A stretch of 64,000 bases of DNA from an uncultured Nitrospiraceae bacterium (GCA_963727775.1 CAVSHB010000003.1:448001-512000), one strand, 5' to 3'. Positions 28,573 through 39,041 are shown, numbered from the stretch's first letter. Notes: generated by a model from the letters alone, not told the origin. Translations and numbers: made by a program.

Positions 28573-28838
28573 TCCGAAAAATGCAGATATTGTTCAAAAA
28601 ATTATTTAACTCGATGAATTTATTGAGAATATTGTTATGTTTGTTATCAAAAAATATTCTCGGGACCATCTGTTAAAGGTACAGTAAGGTATCGAAAAAT
28701 AATTTTTTTCACAACACCCGCATTTTTCTAATTGCAGTTTTTGGGTTAGTCGGCGTTTGAAGTTTTTCAGTTACGTGTGCTATAACTCAAATAAAGACAA
28801 TAACCTTTGAATTTATTCCCTCTTATAAGAGTCCCATT

Positions 28839-30203
28839 ATGAAACAGATTATAGGCAAATTGCCAGGTATAAAAATATCTACGGCCCCGGAAGACCTCAT
28901 CTGCTATGGCTTCGATGCATCAGGCATTGAGAAGTCCCCTTCTGCTGTTGTCTGGCCGCAATGTACAGAGGATGTCGTAAAAGTAATGAAATATGCCTAC
29001 GAACTTAACATCCCTGTTGTTCCCCGGGGCGCCGGCACGGGTATGACTGCCGGGGCAGTGCCGTCAAAAGGAGCAATAGTCCTCAGCTTTGAGAAGATGA
29101 AAAAAATTCTTGAAATAGATACTGAAAATCTTACCGTCTTGTGCGAGCCGGGTGTAATCAATGGAAAACTGCAGAATGAGCTTGAAAGAACAGGCTTTTT
29201 CTATCCTCCTGATCCTGCAAGCATGGACTTCTGCACGATAGGCGGGAATATTGCTGAAAATGCGGGTGGTCCGAGGGCATTGAAATACGGCGTCACAAGG
29301 GATTATGTAATGGAGATTGAGGCGGTACTCCCAAACGGTGACCTAATAACCACCGGCGTCAGAACAGCAAAAGGCGTTGTCGGATATGATGTAACGCGAC
29401 TCCTTGTCGGTTCGGAAGGAACCTTATCTGTATTCACAAAAGCAAGGTTAAAGATACTGCCCATGCCTGAAGAGGTTATTACATTGCTTGCCATTTTTAA
29501 TAGACTTGAGGCATCCGGAGAAGCAGTGTCAAAGATTATTTCTTCAAAGATTATCCCGCGAACACTTGAATTTATGGATCATGAAACTATAAAAGCTGTT
29601 GAAAACTTTAAACCTGTAGGGCTGCCCAAGGATGCGGAAGCAATATTGCTCATCGAACTGGATGGTTATCCGGCCTCTATAAAATTGGATGCCGAAAAAA
29701 TAGCTGATATTTGTGAGCACTTCGGAGCAGAGATAAAGATGGCAGAGGATGAAGACGCAAGAAGTAAGCTTTGGGTATCAAGGCGTGCTATATCTCCTGC
29801 TCTTTATCAGATAAAACCTTCCAAAATCAATGAAGATATTGTTGTCCCGAGAAGTAAAGTAACAGAAATGCTGAAACGTCTAAGGCGGCTATCGGAGGAA
29901 AGTGGTATAAAGATTGTAAACTTCGGGCATGCGGGCGATGGTAATATTCATGTAAATATAATGGTCGATAAGGCCAATAAGGAAGAGTATGCAAAGGGAT
30001 TAAGTCTTGTTGAACGGGTATTTCAAGACACTCTTTCCCTCGGCGGGACAATCTCGGGTGAACACGGAGTCGGGCTTACAAAAGCCGGCTACATAGAGAT
30101 GGAATTATCTGAAAAAGAGATTGAAATTATGGAGTCCATAAAAAAAGTTTTTGACCCGAAGAATATCCTTAACCCGGAAAAGATATTCCCTCGAAAAGGA
30201 TGA
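28839..30203 (+). CDS. FAD-linked oxidase, GlcD/D-lactate dehydrogenase family
   Basis: PRGAGTG, YPPDPAS, GHAGDGNIH and SGEHGVG. Confidence 0.9.
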   Translation: MKQIIGKLPGIKISTAPEDLICYGFDASGIEKSPSAVVWPQCTEDVVKVMKYAYELNIPVVPRGAGTGMTAGAVPSKGAIVLSFEKMKKILEIDTENLTVLCEPGVINGKLQNELERTGFFYPPDPASMDFCTIGGNIAENAGGPRALKYGVTRDYVMEIEAVLPNGDLITTGVRTAKGVVGYDVTRLLVGSEGTLSVFTKARLKILPMPEEVITLLAIFNRLEASGEAVSKIISSKIIPRTLEFMDHETIKAVENFKPVGLPKDAEAILLIELDGYPASIKLDAEKIADICEHFGAEIKMAEDEDARSKLWVSRRAISPALYQIKPSKINEDIVVPRSKVTEMLKRLRRLSEESGIKIVNFGHAGDGNIHVNIMVDKANKEEYAKGLSLVERVFQDTLSLGGTISGEHGVGLTKAGYIEMELSEKEIEIMESIKKVFDPKNILNPEKIFPRKG

Positions 30204-30232
30204 TAGCTGAAGAAATTTGTGAACACGGAAAA

Positions 30233-30466
30233 TCAGTCAGGGAGTAATGACTGATCTTTGAGCGTTATTACCATCTTTTCAAAATCTTCAGGATGGTGGT
30301 GGCCAAGAGAAACAAGTGCGTCGTACGGTTCGGTTTTTCCATCTTCGTCAACTGCAGTTAAGTATCTGTCAAAAAGTTCCTCAAAGATTTTACTTTTTTC
30401 CTTGTCAAGAGCGAAATCTTCATATGCGTTAAAAATCTTCATAGCCATGTTTTCTAAATCGCCCAT
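30233..30466 (-). CDS. Hypothetical protein
   Basis: 77-aa acidic ORF with an AGGAG RBS. Confidence 0.6.
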   Translation of the reverse strand: MGDLENMAMKIFNAYEDFALDKEKSKIFEELFDRYLTAVDEDGKTEPYDALVSLGHHHPEDFEKMVITLKDQSLLPD

Positions 30467-30513
30467 TTTCTCTCCTTGCTCAAATTGAATAATACAAAAT
30501 AGTATTATACCAT

Positions 30514-30561
30514 TTGACAGGAAATAATCTTTTGTTTTAAGATTGAGTGAGCACTCACTCA
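30514..30561 (+). promoter_or_regulatory. Promoter and TetR-type operator of the mqn operon
   Basis: TTGACA-18-TAAGAT immediately followed by TGAGTGAG-CA-CTCACTCA (30544-30561). Confidence 0.7.
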
Positions 30562-30658
30562 GTTTTCGATGCAGGATTTAGGCTGCCGACGAGATGAGAA
30601 TTGCAGACATTTAAGATAAACTCGCGCATCCGAAATCCTCGAAACGATAAGTAAAGTA

Positions 30659-31288
30659 ATGTTAGGTAAATCGAATAATAAATCCGTCGACAAGCGCAAC
30701 GTCATTCTGGATGCCGCACTCAGGACATTTGCCAGACGCGGATATACCGATACCAAGGTCGCGGAGATCGCTTCTGAAGCAAGTGTGGCAGAAGGTACGC
30801 TCTATAATTATTTCCAGAGCAAAGAAGAACTCCTCCTTGCGCTTTTTGACGAAAAGTGGGGAGGGATCATCGATGAAATCAAAAAGAAGATCAGCCGTCT
30901 TGATGATCCGAACGATAAATTGAAGGCCGTCTTTTCCCTCGTCGTAATGATGTTCAAGAAGAACCGCCATCTTGCGGACCTCTTTATGGTCGATATGAAG
31001 CAAAGCAGCATTTTTCTGACGAACTATACGATCAACCGCATCGTTGAATTTCTGAACATCATCGAAGAGATTCTGGAGGAGGGAAAAAGAAAAGGGATTT
31101 ACCGCAAGGACCTGGATGCCCGTGTCGCCAAGATGGTGATCTTTGGGGCGGCACAAGGTATACTCTTGAGCTGGGTGTTGAACGAGTCAAAGGCGGTGAA
31201 GGACCGGACCTTCAGATTCTCTCTCTATCGTGCTGCCAGAACGTTAAAGGACATATTCAAATCAGGATTGGTTGGAGAAAGAAAATGA
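30659..31288 (+). CDS. TetR/AcrR family regulator
   Basis: ILDAALRTFARRGY..IASEASVAEGTLYNYFQSKEELL. Confidence 0.92.
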   Translation: MLGKSNNKSVDKRNVILDAALRTFARRGYTDTKVAEIASEASVAEGTLYNYFQSKEELLLALFDEKWGGIIDEIKKKISRLDDPNDKLKAVFSLVVMMFKKNRHLADLFMVDMKQSSIFLTNYTINRIVEFLNIIEEILEEGKRKGIYRKDLDARVAKMVIFGAAQGILLSWVLNESKAVKDRTFRFSLYRAARTLKDIFKSGLVGERK

Positions 31289-32730
31289 TATTTAATGATT
31301 TAAGGGAATTTATAGGCTTTCTGGAAGAGAAAAAAGAGCTTGTCCGCATTAAGACAGAGGTTGACCCAATCCTTGAAGTCACCGAGGTTGCGGACCGGAT
31401 ATCAAAGAAAGGCGGGCCTGCCCTGCTATTCGAAAAGGTCAAAGGTTCGCAAATGCCTGTTGCCATCAATCTTTTCGGCTCTTATCAAAGGATGGCCTGG
31501 GCTCTCGGTCTGGAAGATTTCAATGCCATCGGACAAAAGTTTTCGTCGTTATTAAAAGTCGACCTCGAACTGAAATTGCGTCAGAAGATAGAGGCGTTGT
31601 TCGACCTATACAAACTCAGTACTTCGAAACCGAAGGAAGTGAAAAAGGCGCCTTGCCAGGAGATCGTGAAGGACAAGGATTTTTCGTTGCTCGATTATCC
31701 TGTGCTCAAGTGCTGGCCCGATGACGGCGGACGTTTTATTACATTACCGCTTGTCATTACAAAAGATCCCGAGTCCGGAAAACAGAATCTCGGCATGTAC
31801 CGCATGCAGGTCTATGACGAAAAATCAACAGGCATGCACTGGCATACTCACCATGATGGAGCTGTAAACTTCAGAAAGAATGTAAAGCTCGGCAAGAGAA
31901 CAGAGGTTGCCGTTGCTCTCGGTGGTGATCCGATCACGATATTTTCGGCAACAGCTCCATTGCCTTATGGTATCGAAGAACTTTTTTTCACCGGATTTCT
32001 GAGGGGCAAGCCTGTCGAGGTCGTAAAAGCAAAGACCGTCGATCTCATGGTTCCGGCAAGGGCGGAGATCGTCCTCGAAGGATATGTTGAGCCCGGTGAA
32101 GAGAGGATAGAAGGCCCCTTCGGCGACCATACCGGCTATTATTCCGCGGCTGCCAACTATCCTATCTTCCACGTCACCTGTATAACCCAGAGAAAAGACC
32201 CTATTTATCCTGCCACAATAGTCGGCAAACCGCCGATGGAAGACTGTTATATGGGAAAGGCGACGGAAAGGATGTTTCTGCCGTTTATAAAGATGCAGTT
32301 CCCTGAAGTCGTGGACATGAACCTTCCTTTAGAGGGGGTCTTTCACAATTGCGCCCTCATTTCGATCAAGAAAGCGTTTCCCATGCACGCGAGTAAAATA
32401 ATAAACGCTATATGGGGACTGGGCCAGATGATGTTCACGAAATTCGTTTTTATCTTTGACGAAGAGGTGAATGTGCAGAATACTTCGGAGGCTGCGTGGA
32501 AGGCTTTCAATAATGTCGATCCCGCGCGCGATATCATCGTATCCGAGGGCCCCCTCGATGTCCTCGACCATTCCTCACCGCGACCTATCTATGGCGCGAA
32601 GATGGGGATCGATGCCACAAAGAAATGGCGTGAGGAAGGATACGATAGGGAATGGCCGGATGAAATACATATGTCAGATGAGATAAAGAAGCTCGTCGAT
32701 AGAAGGTGGAAGGATTACGGAATTGAATAA
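31285..32730 (+). CDS. ubiD: UbiD-family menaquinone biosynthesis decarboxylase (MqnL-like)
   Basis: NLGMYRMQ, EGPFGDHTGYY and KMGIDAT. Confidence 0.9.
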   Translation: MIFNDLREFIGFLEEKKELVRIKTEVDPILEVTEVADRISKKGGPALLFEKVKGSQMPVAINLFGSYQRMAWALGLEDFNAIGQKFSSLLKVDLELKLRQKIEALFDLYKLSTSKPKEVKKAPCQEIVKDKDFSLLDYPVLKCWPDDGGRFITLPLVITKDPESGKQNLGMYRMQVYDEKSTGMHWHTHHDGAVNFRKNVKLGKRTEVAVALGGDPITIFSATAPLPYGIEELFFTGFLRGKPVEVVKAKTVDLMVPARAEIVLEGYVEPGEERIEGPFGDHTGYYSAAANYPIFHVTCITQRKDPIYPATIVGKPPMEDCYMGKATERMFLPFIKMQFPEVVDMNLPLEGVFHNCALISIKKAFPMHASKIINAIWGLGQMMFTKFVFIFDEEVNVQNTSEAAWKAFNNVDPARDIIVSEGPLDVLDHSSPRPIYGAKMGIDATKKWREEGYDREWPDEIHMSDEIKKLVDRRWKDYGIE

Positions 32731-33589
32731 GATAAGAATCTATCTGGAGATGATCAAATTCGAGCACAGCATTTTTGCGCTCCCGTTTGCCTATCTCGGG
32801 GCCTTTCTTTCACAAAAAAGAGTGCCGGGTTTAACGACGCTTTTATGGGTAACAGTGGCGATGGTCGGCGCGAGGAGCTTTGCCATGGCGTTGAACAGGT
32901 GGATAGATATGGAAATCGACAGGCGTAATCCGCGGACCGCTGAAAGGGCCCTGCCGAAGGGACTGATCTCAGTTTCCAAAACGGTCCTTTTTTCTATTGT
33001 GAGTCTTGGTATCTTTCTTTTAGCGGTCTACAATCTTGCGCCCATATGCCGTTATTTGTGGCCATTTGTCGTTATCCCTTTTGTGGTTTATCCCTACACA
33101 AAAAGATTTACCTGGCTGTCCCATTTTGTTCTCGGTCTCTGTCTGGGACTGGCTCCGATAGGGGCCTGGATAGCAGTGACCAACACATATAGTGTGGAAC
33201 CCTTACTTTTAGGGGTAGCCGTCCTCCTGTGGGTGGCCGGATTTGATGTCTTATACGCAATCCAGGATATAGATTTCGATAAAAAGCACGGACTGTTTTC
33301 CGTCCCCGCCAGATTCGGAATCAATAAATCCATCGTGGTAACCAGATTTCTCCACGCACTATCTATCGGTATATTGATTCTCACGGGTCTTAAGCTCCAT
33401 TTGGGTATATTCTATTTCGCAGGAGTCACAATCGCGGCGGTACTGCTGGCCTATGAAAACAGCCTGATTAAGCCGGACGATCAGTCAAGACTGAATGTCG
33501 CTTTTTTTACTATGAACGGTATTATAAGTGTAATAATGTTTTGCTTTGTTGCGATTGAAGTAATATTCGGGAGGTCCAAAGTTGTCTGA
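32723..33589 (+). CDS. mqnP: UbiA-like polyprenyltransferase (MqnP)
   Basis: IKFEHSIFALPF, NRWIDMEIDRRNPRT and multiple TM helices. Confidence 0.88.
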   Translation: MNKIRIYLEMIKFEHSIFALPFAYLGAFLSQKRVPGLTTLLWVTVAMVGARSFAMALNRWIDMEIDRRNPRTAERALPKGLISVSKTVLFSIVSLGIFLLAVYNLAPICRYLWPFVVIPFVVYPYTKRFTWLSHFVLGLCLGLAPIGAWIAVTNTYSVEPLLLGVAVLLWVAGFDVLYAIQDIDFDKKHGLFSVPARFGINKSIVVTRFLHALSIGILILTGLKLHLGIFYFAGVTIAAVLLAYENSLIKPDDQSRLNVAFFTMNGIISVIMFCFVAIEVIFGRSKVV

Positions 33590-34166
33590 TTATGTGATAG
33601 GCGTTACAGGCGCCAGCGGAAGTATTTATGGAGTCAGGCTTATACAGGAGCTTGCCCTGAGAAAGCATACCGTTCACGTCGTTGTGACCTCTGCGGGCAG
33701 ACAGGTGATGAAGGAAGAACTCGGGGTGTCGGGCTTTGAGAAGATGGACAAGCTGGGGTTGTCAAAAGTCAAAAGTAACATAAAGATTTGGGGAAACGAT
33801 AATTTTGAAGCGCCCTTTATGAGCGGCTCTAATGCGCCAGAGGCTGTGATCGTTATCCCGTGCAGTATGGGAAAGCTGGCATCAATAGCAAACGGCATTT
33901 CGGGAAATCTCCTTGAGAGGACGTGTGACGTGGCGATTAAGGAGAAAAGACAGCTGATATTGGTCGTTCGCGAAACTCCATTTAGCCTTATTCATCTTGA
34001 AAATATGGTAAAGGTCTCAAGGGCAGGCGCGCAGATTTTGCCGGCTATGCCGGCCTTTTACCACCATCCGAAGACGATCGACGACATGGTGAATTTTGTC
34101 GTCGGTAAAGTTTTGAATCTCTTGAGGATAGAACACAAGTTGTTCAGGGGTTGGAGGAAGGAGTAA
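33582..34166 (+). CDS. ubiX: Flavin prenyltransferase
   Basis: GVTGASG, PCSMG, VRETP and PAFYHHP. Confidence 0.93.
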   Translation: MSDYVIGVTGASGSIYGVRLIQELALRKHTVHVVVTSAGRQVMKEELGVSGFEKMDKLGLSKVKSNIKIWGNDNFEAPFMSGSNAPEAVIVIPCSMGKLASIANGISGNLLERTCDVAIKEKRQLILVVRETPFSLIHLENMVKVSRAGAQILPAMPAFYHHPKTIDDMVNFVVGKVLNLLRIEHKLFRGWRKE

Positions 34167-34258
34167 GTAACGTATTACAAGAAGCAGACATTGTTCAACG
34201 CCTGCTTCTTATGGCCGGAGACTTTTGCAGTCATTTAAAAAATGAGGTGTTGAATAGA

Positions 34259-35374
34259 ATGTCAAGAATTGATCTGAGTAAAATCGCAGAAAAGGTGGAA
34301 AAAGGTGAAAGGCTCTCGAGAGACGATGCCTTAACCCTTATGAAGTCGAATGACCTCATCTCCATCGGTCAGATGGCGAATAAGGTGAGAGAGAGAAAAT
34401 CGGGCAATTACGCCTATTTCAACGTGAACCGTCATATAAACCTGACGAACATCTGCGTATCGCGCTGCAAGTTCTGCGCTTTCAGCCGGGACAAAGCGGA
34501 TGCGGATGCATATGCGATGACAGTGGATGAGGTGCTTGATACAGCGCGGTCTGCGCGTAACCTCGGTATAACCGAATTTCATATAGTCAGCGGTCTTCAC
34601 CCAGATCTTCCTTTTGACTACTATGTTGATGTCATCGCGGGCCTCAAAGACCTTATGCCGGAGGTTCATATCCAGGCTTTCACTGCGGTAGAAATAGCTT
34701 ACTTTGCGAAGATTGCAAACCTTTCGACAAAGGAAGTCTTAATTAAATTAAAAGAGGCAGGGCTAGGTTCGCTCCCCGGCGGCGGTGCGGAAATACTGAA
34801 TCACAGGGTGAGGGATGCGGTCTGTTCCAAAAAAGCCACTTCCGGGGAATGGCTTAATGTGATGAGAGAAGCCCATAACCTCGGCATCAAATCGAACGCC
34901 ACGATGCTTTTCGGTCATATTGAAACTATCCAGGAGAGGATCGATCACTTGCTGACATTAAGGGCATTGCAGGATGAGACAGGCGGCTTTCAGTCGTTTA
35001 TCCCGCTGCCTTTCCATCCGCAGAATACCCAACTTCCTAATTTCAAAAAGCCATCGGCTTTCGAGAATATGAAGATGCTTGCGGTATCGAGGCTGGTTCT
35101 CGATAATTTCCCCCATGTCAAGGCTTTCTGGATAATGCTCGGGCTGAAGGTCGCACAGCTTTCGCTGCTATTCGGTGTGGACGATCTCGACGGCACGGTC
35201 GTCGAAGAAAAGATAACCCATGCAGCAGGCGCCCAGACGGACCAGTCGATATCGAGGGATGAGCTATTGGAAATAATCTCCGTTACCGGCAGGACTCCCG
35301 TTGAAAGAGATACGTTATATAACGTCATCAAAACATATGATCCGAATGGGCAGGGTAACGCCGTTGAAACCTAA
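34259..35374 (+). CDS. mqnE: Aminofutalosine synthase (radical SAM)
   Basis: NRHINLTNICVSRCKFC, HIVSGLHP and HVKAFWIM..DLDGTVVEEKI. Confidence 0.88.
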   Translation: MSRIDLSKIAEKVEKGERLSRDDALTLMKSNDLISIGQMANKVRERKSGNYAYFNVNRHINLTNICVSRCKFCAFSRDKADADAYAMTVDEVLDTARSARNLGITEFHIVSGLHPDLPFDYYVDVIAGLKDLMPEVHIQAFTAVEIAYFAKIANLSTKEVLIKLKEAGLGSLPGGGAEILNHRVRDAVCSKKATSGEWLNVMREAHNLGIKSNATMLFGHIETIQERIDHLLTLRALQDETGGFQSFIPLPFHPQNTQLPNFKKPSAFENMKMLAVSRLVLDNFPHVKAFWIMLGLKVAQLSLLFGVDDLDGTVVEEKITHAAGAQTDQSISRDELLEIISVTGRTPVERDTLYNVIKTYDPNGQGNAVET

Positions 35375-36206
35375 GGTCGGACATATACAGTTTCTGAATT
35401 GCCTTCCTCTTTACTTCGGCCTCGTGAAGAGCCATGCCCTGCTTGACGTTGAACTTATAAAGGGCAACCCGACAGAACTGAACAATCTCTTAATCAGCGG
35501 TAGCCTTGACATGTCGCCTATATCTTCTATCGAGTATGCACGCCATTATGAATCTCTCCTTCTTTTCCCGGATTTCACCGTGAGTTCCGACGGTGAAGTG
35601 AAGAGTATCCTTTTCCTCAGTCGCCTCCCGATAGAAAAGCTGAAAGGGAAGAAGGTTGCTCTCACAAGCACTTCCGCCACATCACATGTGTTATTGAAGC
35701 TGATCCTGAAACACGGATATAACGTGGAGCCGGAGTATATTGTATGCCGACCTGATTTGGACAGCATGCTATCAACTGCCGACGCAGCCTTGCTTATCGG
35801 CGATGTAGCATTGAAATATTATGTGGATCCAAAAGATTTCTATCTTTACGACCTGGGAGCCGAATGGAAAAAACTCACCGGCAAGAAAATGGTTTATGCG
35901 GTCTGGGCGGTCAACCGTGATTTTGCCGGCACACAGGCGGAGACAACTGAATACGTGTTTGACATTTTCAAGAAATCAATGGATTACTCCGTGCAGCATC
36001 TGCCGGAGATCGCTGAGTACGCAGCGAAATGGGAACCCTTCAGTTCCTCCTTTCTCATAGGCTATTTCAGATCACTGAGGTTTGATTTTGGGAAGGACTA
36101 CCAGGAAGGACTCCTCCATTTTTACAGGCTCGCATCCGAGATCGGAGAGCTTAAGCAAGTCCCTGATCTGCAGTTCATAAATCTCGGGTCAGGGGTGAAC
36201 AGATGA
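35364..36206 (+). CDS. mqnA: Chorismate dehydratase
   Basis: VGHIQFLNCLPL, SATS and LLIGD.AL; start codon uncertain. Confidence 0.88.
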   Translation: MKPKVGHIQFLNCLPLYFGLVKSHALLDVELIKGNPTELNNLLISGSLDMSPISSIEYARHYESLLLFPDFTVSSDGEVKSILFLSRLPIEKLKGKKVALTSTSATSHVLLKLILKHGYNVEPEYIVCRPDLDSMLSTADAALLIGDVALKYYVDPKDFYLYDLGAEWKKLTGKKMVYAVWAVNRDFAGTQAETTEYVFDIFKKSMDYSVQHLPEIAEYAAKWEPFSSSFLIGYFRSLRFDFGKDYQEGLLHFYRLASEIGELKQVPDLQFINLGSGVNR

Positions 36207-37270
36207 AAGCAAAGCAAATTCTTGGAGATATTGTTGAAGGAAAAAGATTAGATTTTGATGAAGCCGTCTCGCTTGTTAAGGAGGCTGATCTTTTGGATCT
36301 TGCACATGCCGCCGACGTTATCTGTCAAAAAAAGCATCCCGACGGCATTGCAACTTTTCAGATAGACCGCAATATCAATTACACAAATGTCTGTAGGAAC
36401 CAATGTTCATTCTGTGCCTTTTACAGGGAGAAAGATGATCCCGAGGCTTATGTGTTGAGCCAGGAGATGATCGAGAAGAAAATTGAAGAGACCATTGAGC
36501 TTTCCGGAACGCAGGTAATGCTCCAGGGAGGAATCAATCCTGATCTCAAGATTAACTACTACACAAATATGTTCAGAGAGATAAAGAAGAAATTCAAAAT
36601 CAGGATACACAGCTTGTCTCCTCCCGAGATAGTCCATATAGCGGAAACATCCGGGATGTCCCTCAGAGACGCCTTAAAAGAACTCATGACGGCAGGCCTG
36701 GATTCTTTGCCGGGCGGGGGCGCGGAGGTCCTCGTTGATAGGGTAAGACAGGAGATAAGTCCGCACAAAATATCATCAGCAAAATGGCTGGAAGTTATGG
36801 CAACAGCCCATGAACTTGGGCTCAAGACCACCGCAACTATGATGATCGGTACTGTCGAAACGATCGAGGAGAGAATATCCCACCTCCAGAAAATAAGAGA
36901 CCTTCAGGATGGGACCGGAGGGTTCATGTCATTTATCCCCTGGACATTTCAGCCGGGCAATACCGCCCTCGGAGGAAAATCGATTTCGTCCATCGAATTC
37001 CTGAGGACCCTTTCTCTAAGCCGTTTATTTCTCGATAATTTTCCGAACGTTCAGGGCTCGTGGGTCACTCAGGGCAAAGATATCGGGCAGCTTTGCCTGT
37101 CCTTCGGGGCCAATGATCTCGGCAGCATCATGATAGAGGAAAATGTTGTTCGGGCAGCCGGGGTATCGCATCGGATTACCGTCGATGAAATGGTCGATCT
37201 TATAAGAAAGGCCGGAAAGACTCCAGCCCAGAGGGATACGGAGTTTAATCTGTTAAAGGTTTATAAATGA
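36203..37270 (+). CDS. mqnC: Cyclic dehypoxanthinyl futalosine synthase (radical SAM)
   Basis: IDRNINYTNVCRNQCSFC, SWVTQG and GSIMIEENVV. Confidence 0.9.
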   Translation: MKAKQILGDIVEGKRLDFDEAVSLVKEADLLDLAHAADVICQKKHPDGIATFQIDRNINYTNVCRNQCSFCAFYREKDDPEAYVLSQEMIEKKIEETIELSGTQVMLQGGINPDLKINYYTNMFREIKKKFKIRIHSLSPPEIVHIAETSGMSLRDALKELMTAGLDSLPGGGAEVLVDRVRQEISPHKISSAKWLEVMATAHELGLKTTATMMIGTVETIEERISHLQKIRDLQDGTGGFMSFIPWTFQPGNTALGGKSISSIEFLRTLSLSRLFLDNFPNVQGSWVTQGKDIGQLCLSFGANDLGSIMIEENVVRAAGVSHRITVDEMVDLIRKAGKTPAQRDTEFNLLKVYK

Positions 37271-37278
37271 GACTTCTT

Positions 37279-37301
37279 GTAGCCGCAGGCTTCAGCCTGC
37301 G
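37279..37301 (+). repeat. GTAG-type REP-like palindrome
   Basis: GTAG-C-CGCAGGCT-TC-AGCCTGCG just after the mqnC stop. Confidence 0.55.
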
Positions 37302-37320
37302 TGCCAAAATTTCTTAAACT

Positions 37321-37420
37321 TCCCTCTTAAATTAAGAGGGACCGAGGGAGTTAATCCAAAGGGATTTGGCAACATCGCAGAGAATAACTCCCCCTTGCCC
37401 CCTCTTAATTTAAGAGGGGG
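37321..37420. repeat. Inverted pair of CCCTCTTA..TAAGAGGG palindromic repeats
   Basis: Copies at 37321-37353 and 37385-37420; related copies at 48767-48801 and within carB. Confidence 0.7.
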
Positions 37421-37469
37421 AATACAGAACAGATATTTCTTTGTAAGAGAAAAATTATTTTTTTAAATT

Positions 37470-38300
37470 ATGAAAAAACTTGGAAACAGAATCCCTAAAG
37501 CTAACAAAGCCTTTATCGGCGGGTCGAGCACCTTCTCTATCGATTTCCCTGAAGAACTCCATCTTCCCGGAGTGAAAGTTTTGGAGAAAAAAGTTTTTTC
37601 GACTCCCTTCGGTGAGAGCCCTGAGTTTAAAGTATTGGGGATCGACGGCGACCCGGTGCTTACTATGAAGATGCACGGGTGGCGGGCGGAAACAAAGAGA
37701 GCCGATGCGTCGAAGCAGGTCTTCTGGGTCTTGGAACAGGCAGGCGTTGATACGATAGTGGCGGAAGGCGGCGCGGGGTCGATCAGCGAGGACCTTGCCC
37801 TTCGCCACTTCATAATTCCCGATGACTACATCGACCTCTCGATGAGAAAAGACGTCTATCTTTCGGACAAGTATTTGCTTGTCATGCGCGACCCGATCTG
37901 TCCGGACCTTTCAAAAATTCTTAGTAAAACAAGCAGAAAACTGTTGCCCGAACGGCATGTGGCACGGGGGGTTTACGCAGTGACAGACGGAAGACATTTC
38001 GAAAGCCGGGCCGAAGTAAGAATGATAAAAACGTTGGGCGGCGACGTCATAGGGCAGACCTTGTGCCCGGAGGTATATCTGGCGAGGGAGATAGGGGCAT
38101 GTTACGCGGGGATTTATCTGATCGTGAACAGGGCGGAGGGTATCGGACCGGATTGGCGCCATAAAGAATTAAAGGAGATTTTCTATAAGGAAGCCCTGAA
38201 CATGGGGGAAATAATCGTCGAAAGTCTAAGGCAATTAAATCGGAGAAAGAAGAAGACTTGTCAGTGCTCGAAGCTGAGGAAAAAGACGCTTCTGAAATAA
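37470..38300 (+). CDS. MTAP-family purine nucleoside phosphorylase
   Basis: FIGGS, TPFGES, HG, DGRHFESRAE, PEVYLARE and VNRAEG. Confidence 0.85.
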   Translation: MKKLGNRIPKANKAFIGGSSTFSIDFPEELHLPGVKVLEKKVFSTPFGESPEFKVLGIDGDPVLTMKMHGWRAETKRADASKQVFWVLEQAGVDTIVAEGGAGSISEDLALRHFIIPDDYIDLSMRKDVYLSDKYLLVMRDPICPDLSKILSKTSRKLLPERHVARGVYAVTDGRHFESRAEVRMIKTLGGDVIGQTLCPEVYLAREIGACYAGIYLIVNRAEGIGPDWRHKELKEIFYKEALNMGEIIVESLRQLNRRKKKTCQCSKLRKKTLLK

Positions 38301-38303
38301 ACA

Positions 38304-39041
38304 ATGAACGCTATTGACCATAAAAAACGTGATGCAAAAAAGGTCGAGGAGATGTTTTCGAAGATCGCCACGCGCTATGACTTTCTGAACCATCTCCTGA
38401 GCTTGGGGTTCGACATCGGGTGGCGAAAAAAAGTGGCAAAGGAAACGGGCAAAACAGATTGCCGGAGAATACTCGATGTCTGTACAGGCACTGGAGATAT
38501 GGCAATCGAACTCTGCAGATTCTGGAAAGGTTCGGTCCATGTCGATGGATTAGATTTCTCTCGCGGGCTCATTGAGGTCGGCAAAAATAAGGTCAAGAAG
38601 GCAAATCTGGGTGACAAAATAACTCTTAAGGAAGGAAACGCTGAGAAGCTTCCTTATGAAAATGAGCAGTTTGACGCGATCACCATTACTTTTGGATTAA
38701 GAAACATTAATGATAGATTAAAGGCCCTAAAGGAATTTTATAGAGTCACACGCCCGGGCGGATGCTTTGTATGTCTCGAATTCAGTCAGCCGACGAACCT
38801 TGTTTTTGCAAAGATTTATTCCTTTTATCTCACAAAATTTGTCCCCTTTATTTCCAGGATGTTCGGTTCAGATCCTGTTGCATATGAATATTTAGGTAAT
38901 ACAATAAAGGACTTCCCTCCACCGCCGGAGCTTGCTAATCTGATAACCGCTGCCGGATGGCGAGAGGTCTCTTACCGGAAATTGGAGGTAGGAATCGTGG
39001 CAATTCACCGGGGGATTAAACTAAAGGTTGATAGTTTTTAG
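38304..39041 (+). CDS. ubiE: Demethylmenaquinone methyltransferase UbiE/MenG
   Basis: YDFLNHLLSLG..WR, LDVCTGTGD and FGLRN. Confidence 0.93.
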   Translation: MNAIDHKKRDAKKVEEMFSKIATRYDFLNHLLSLGFDIGWRKKVAKETGKTDCRRILDVCTGTGDMAIELCRFWKGSVHVDGLDFSRGLIEVGKNKVKKANLGDKITLKEGNAEKLPYENEQFDAITITFGLRNINDRLKALKEFYRVTRPGGCFVCLEFSQPTNLVFAKIYSFYLTKFVPFISRMFGSDPVAYEYLGNTIKDFPPPPELANLITAAGWREVSYRKLEVGIVAIHRGIKLKVDSF

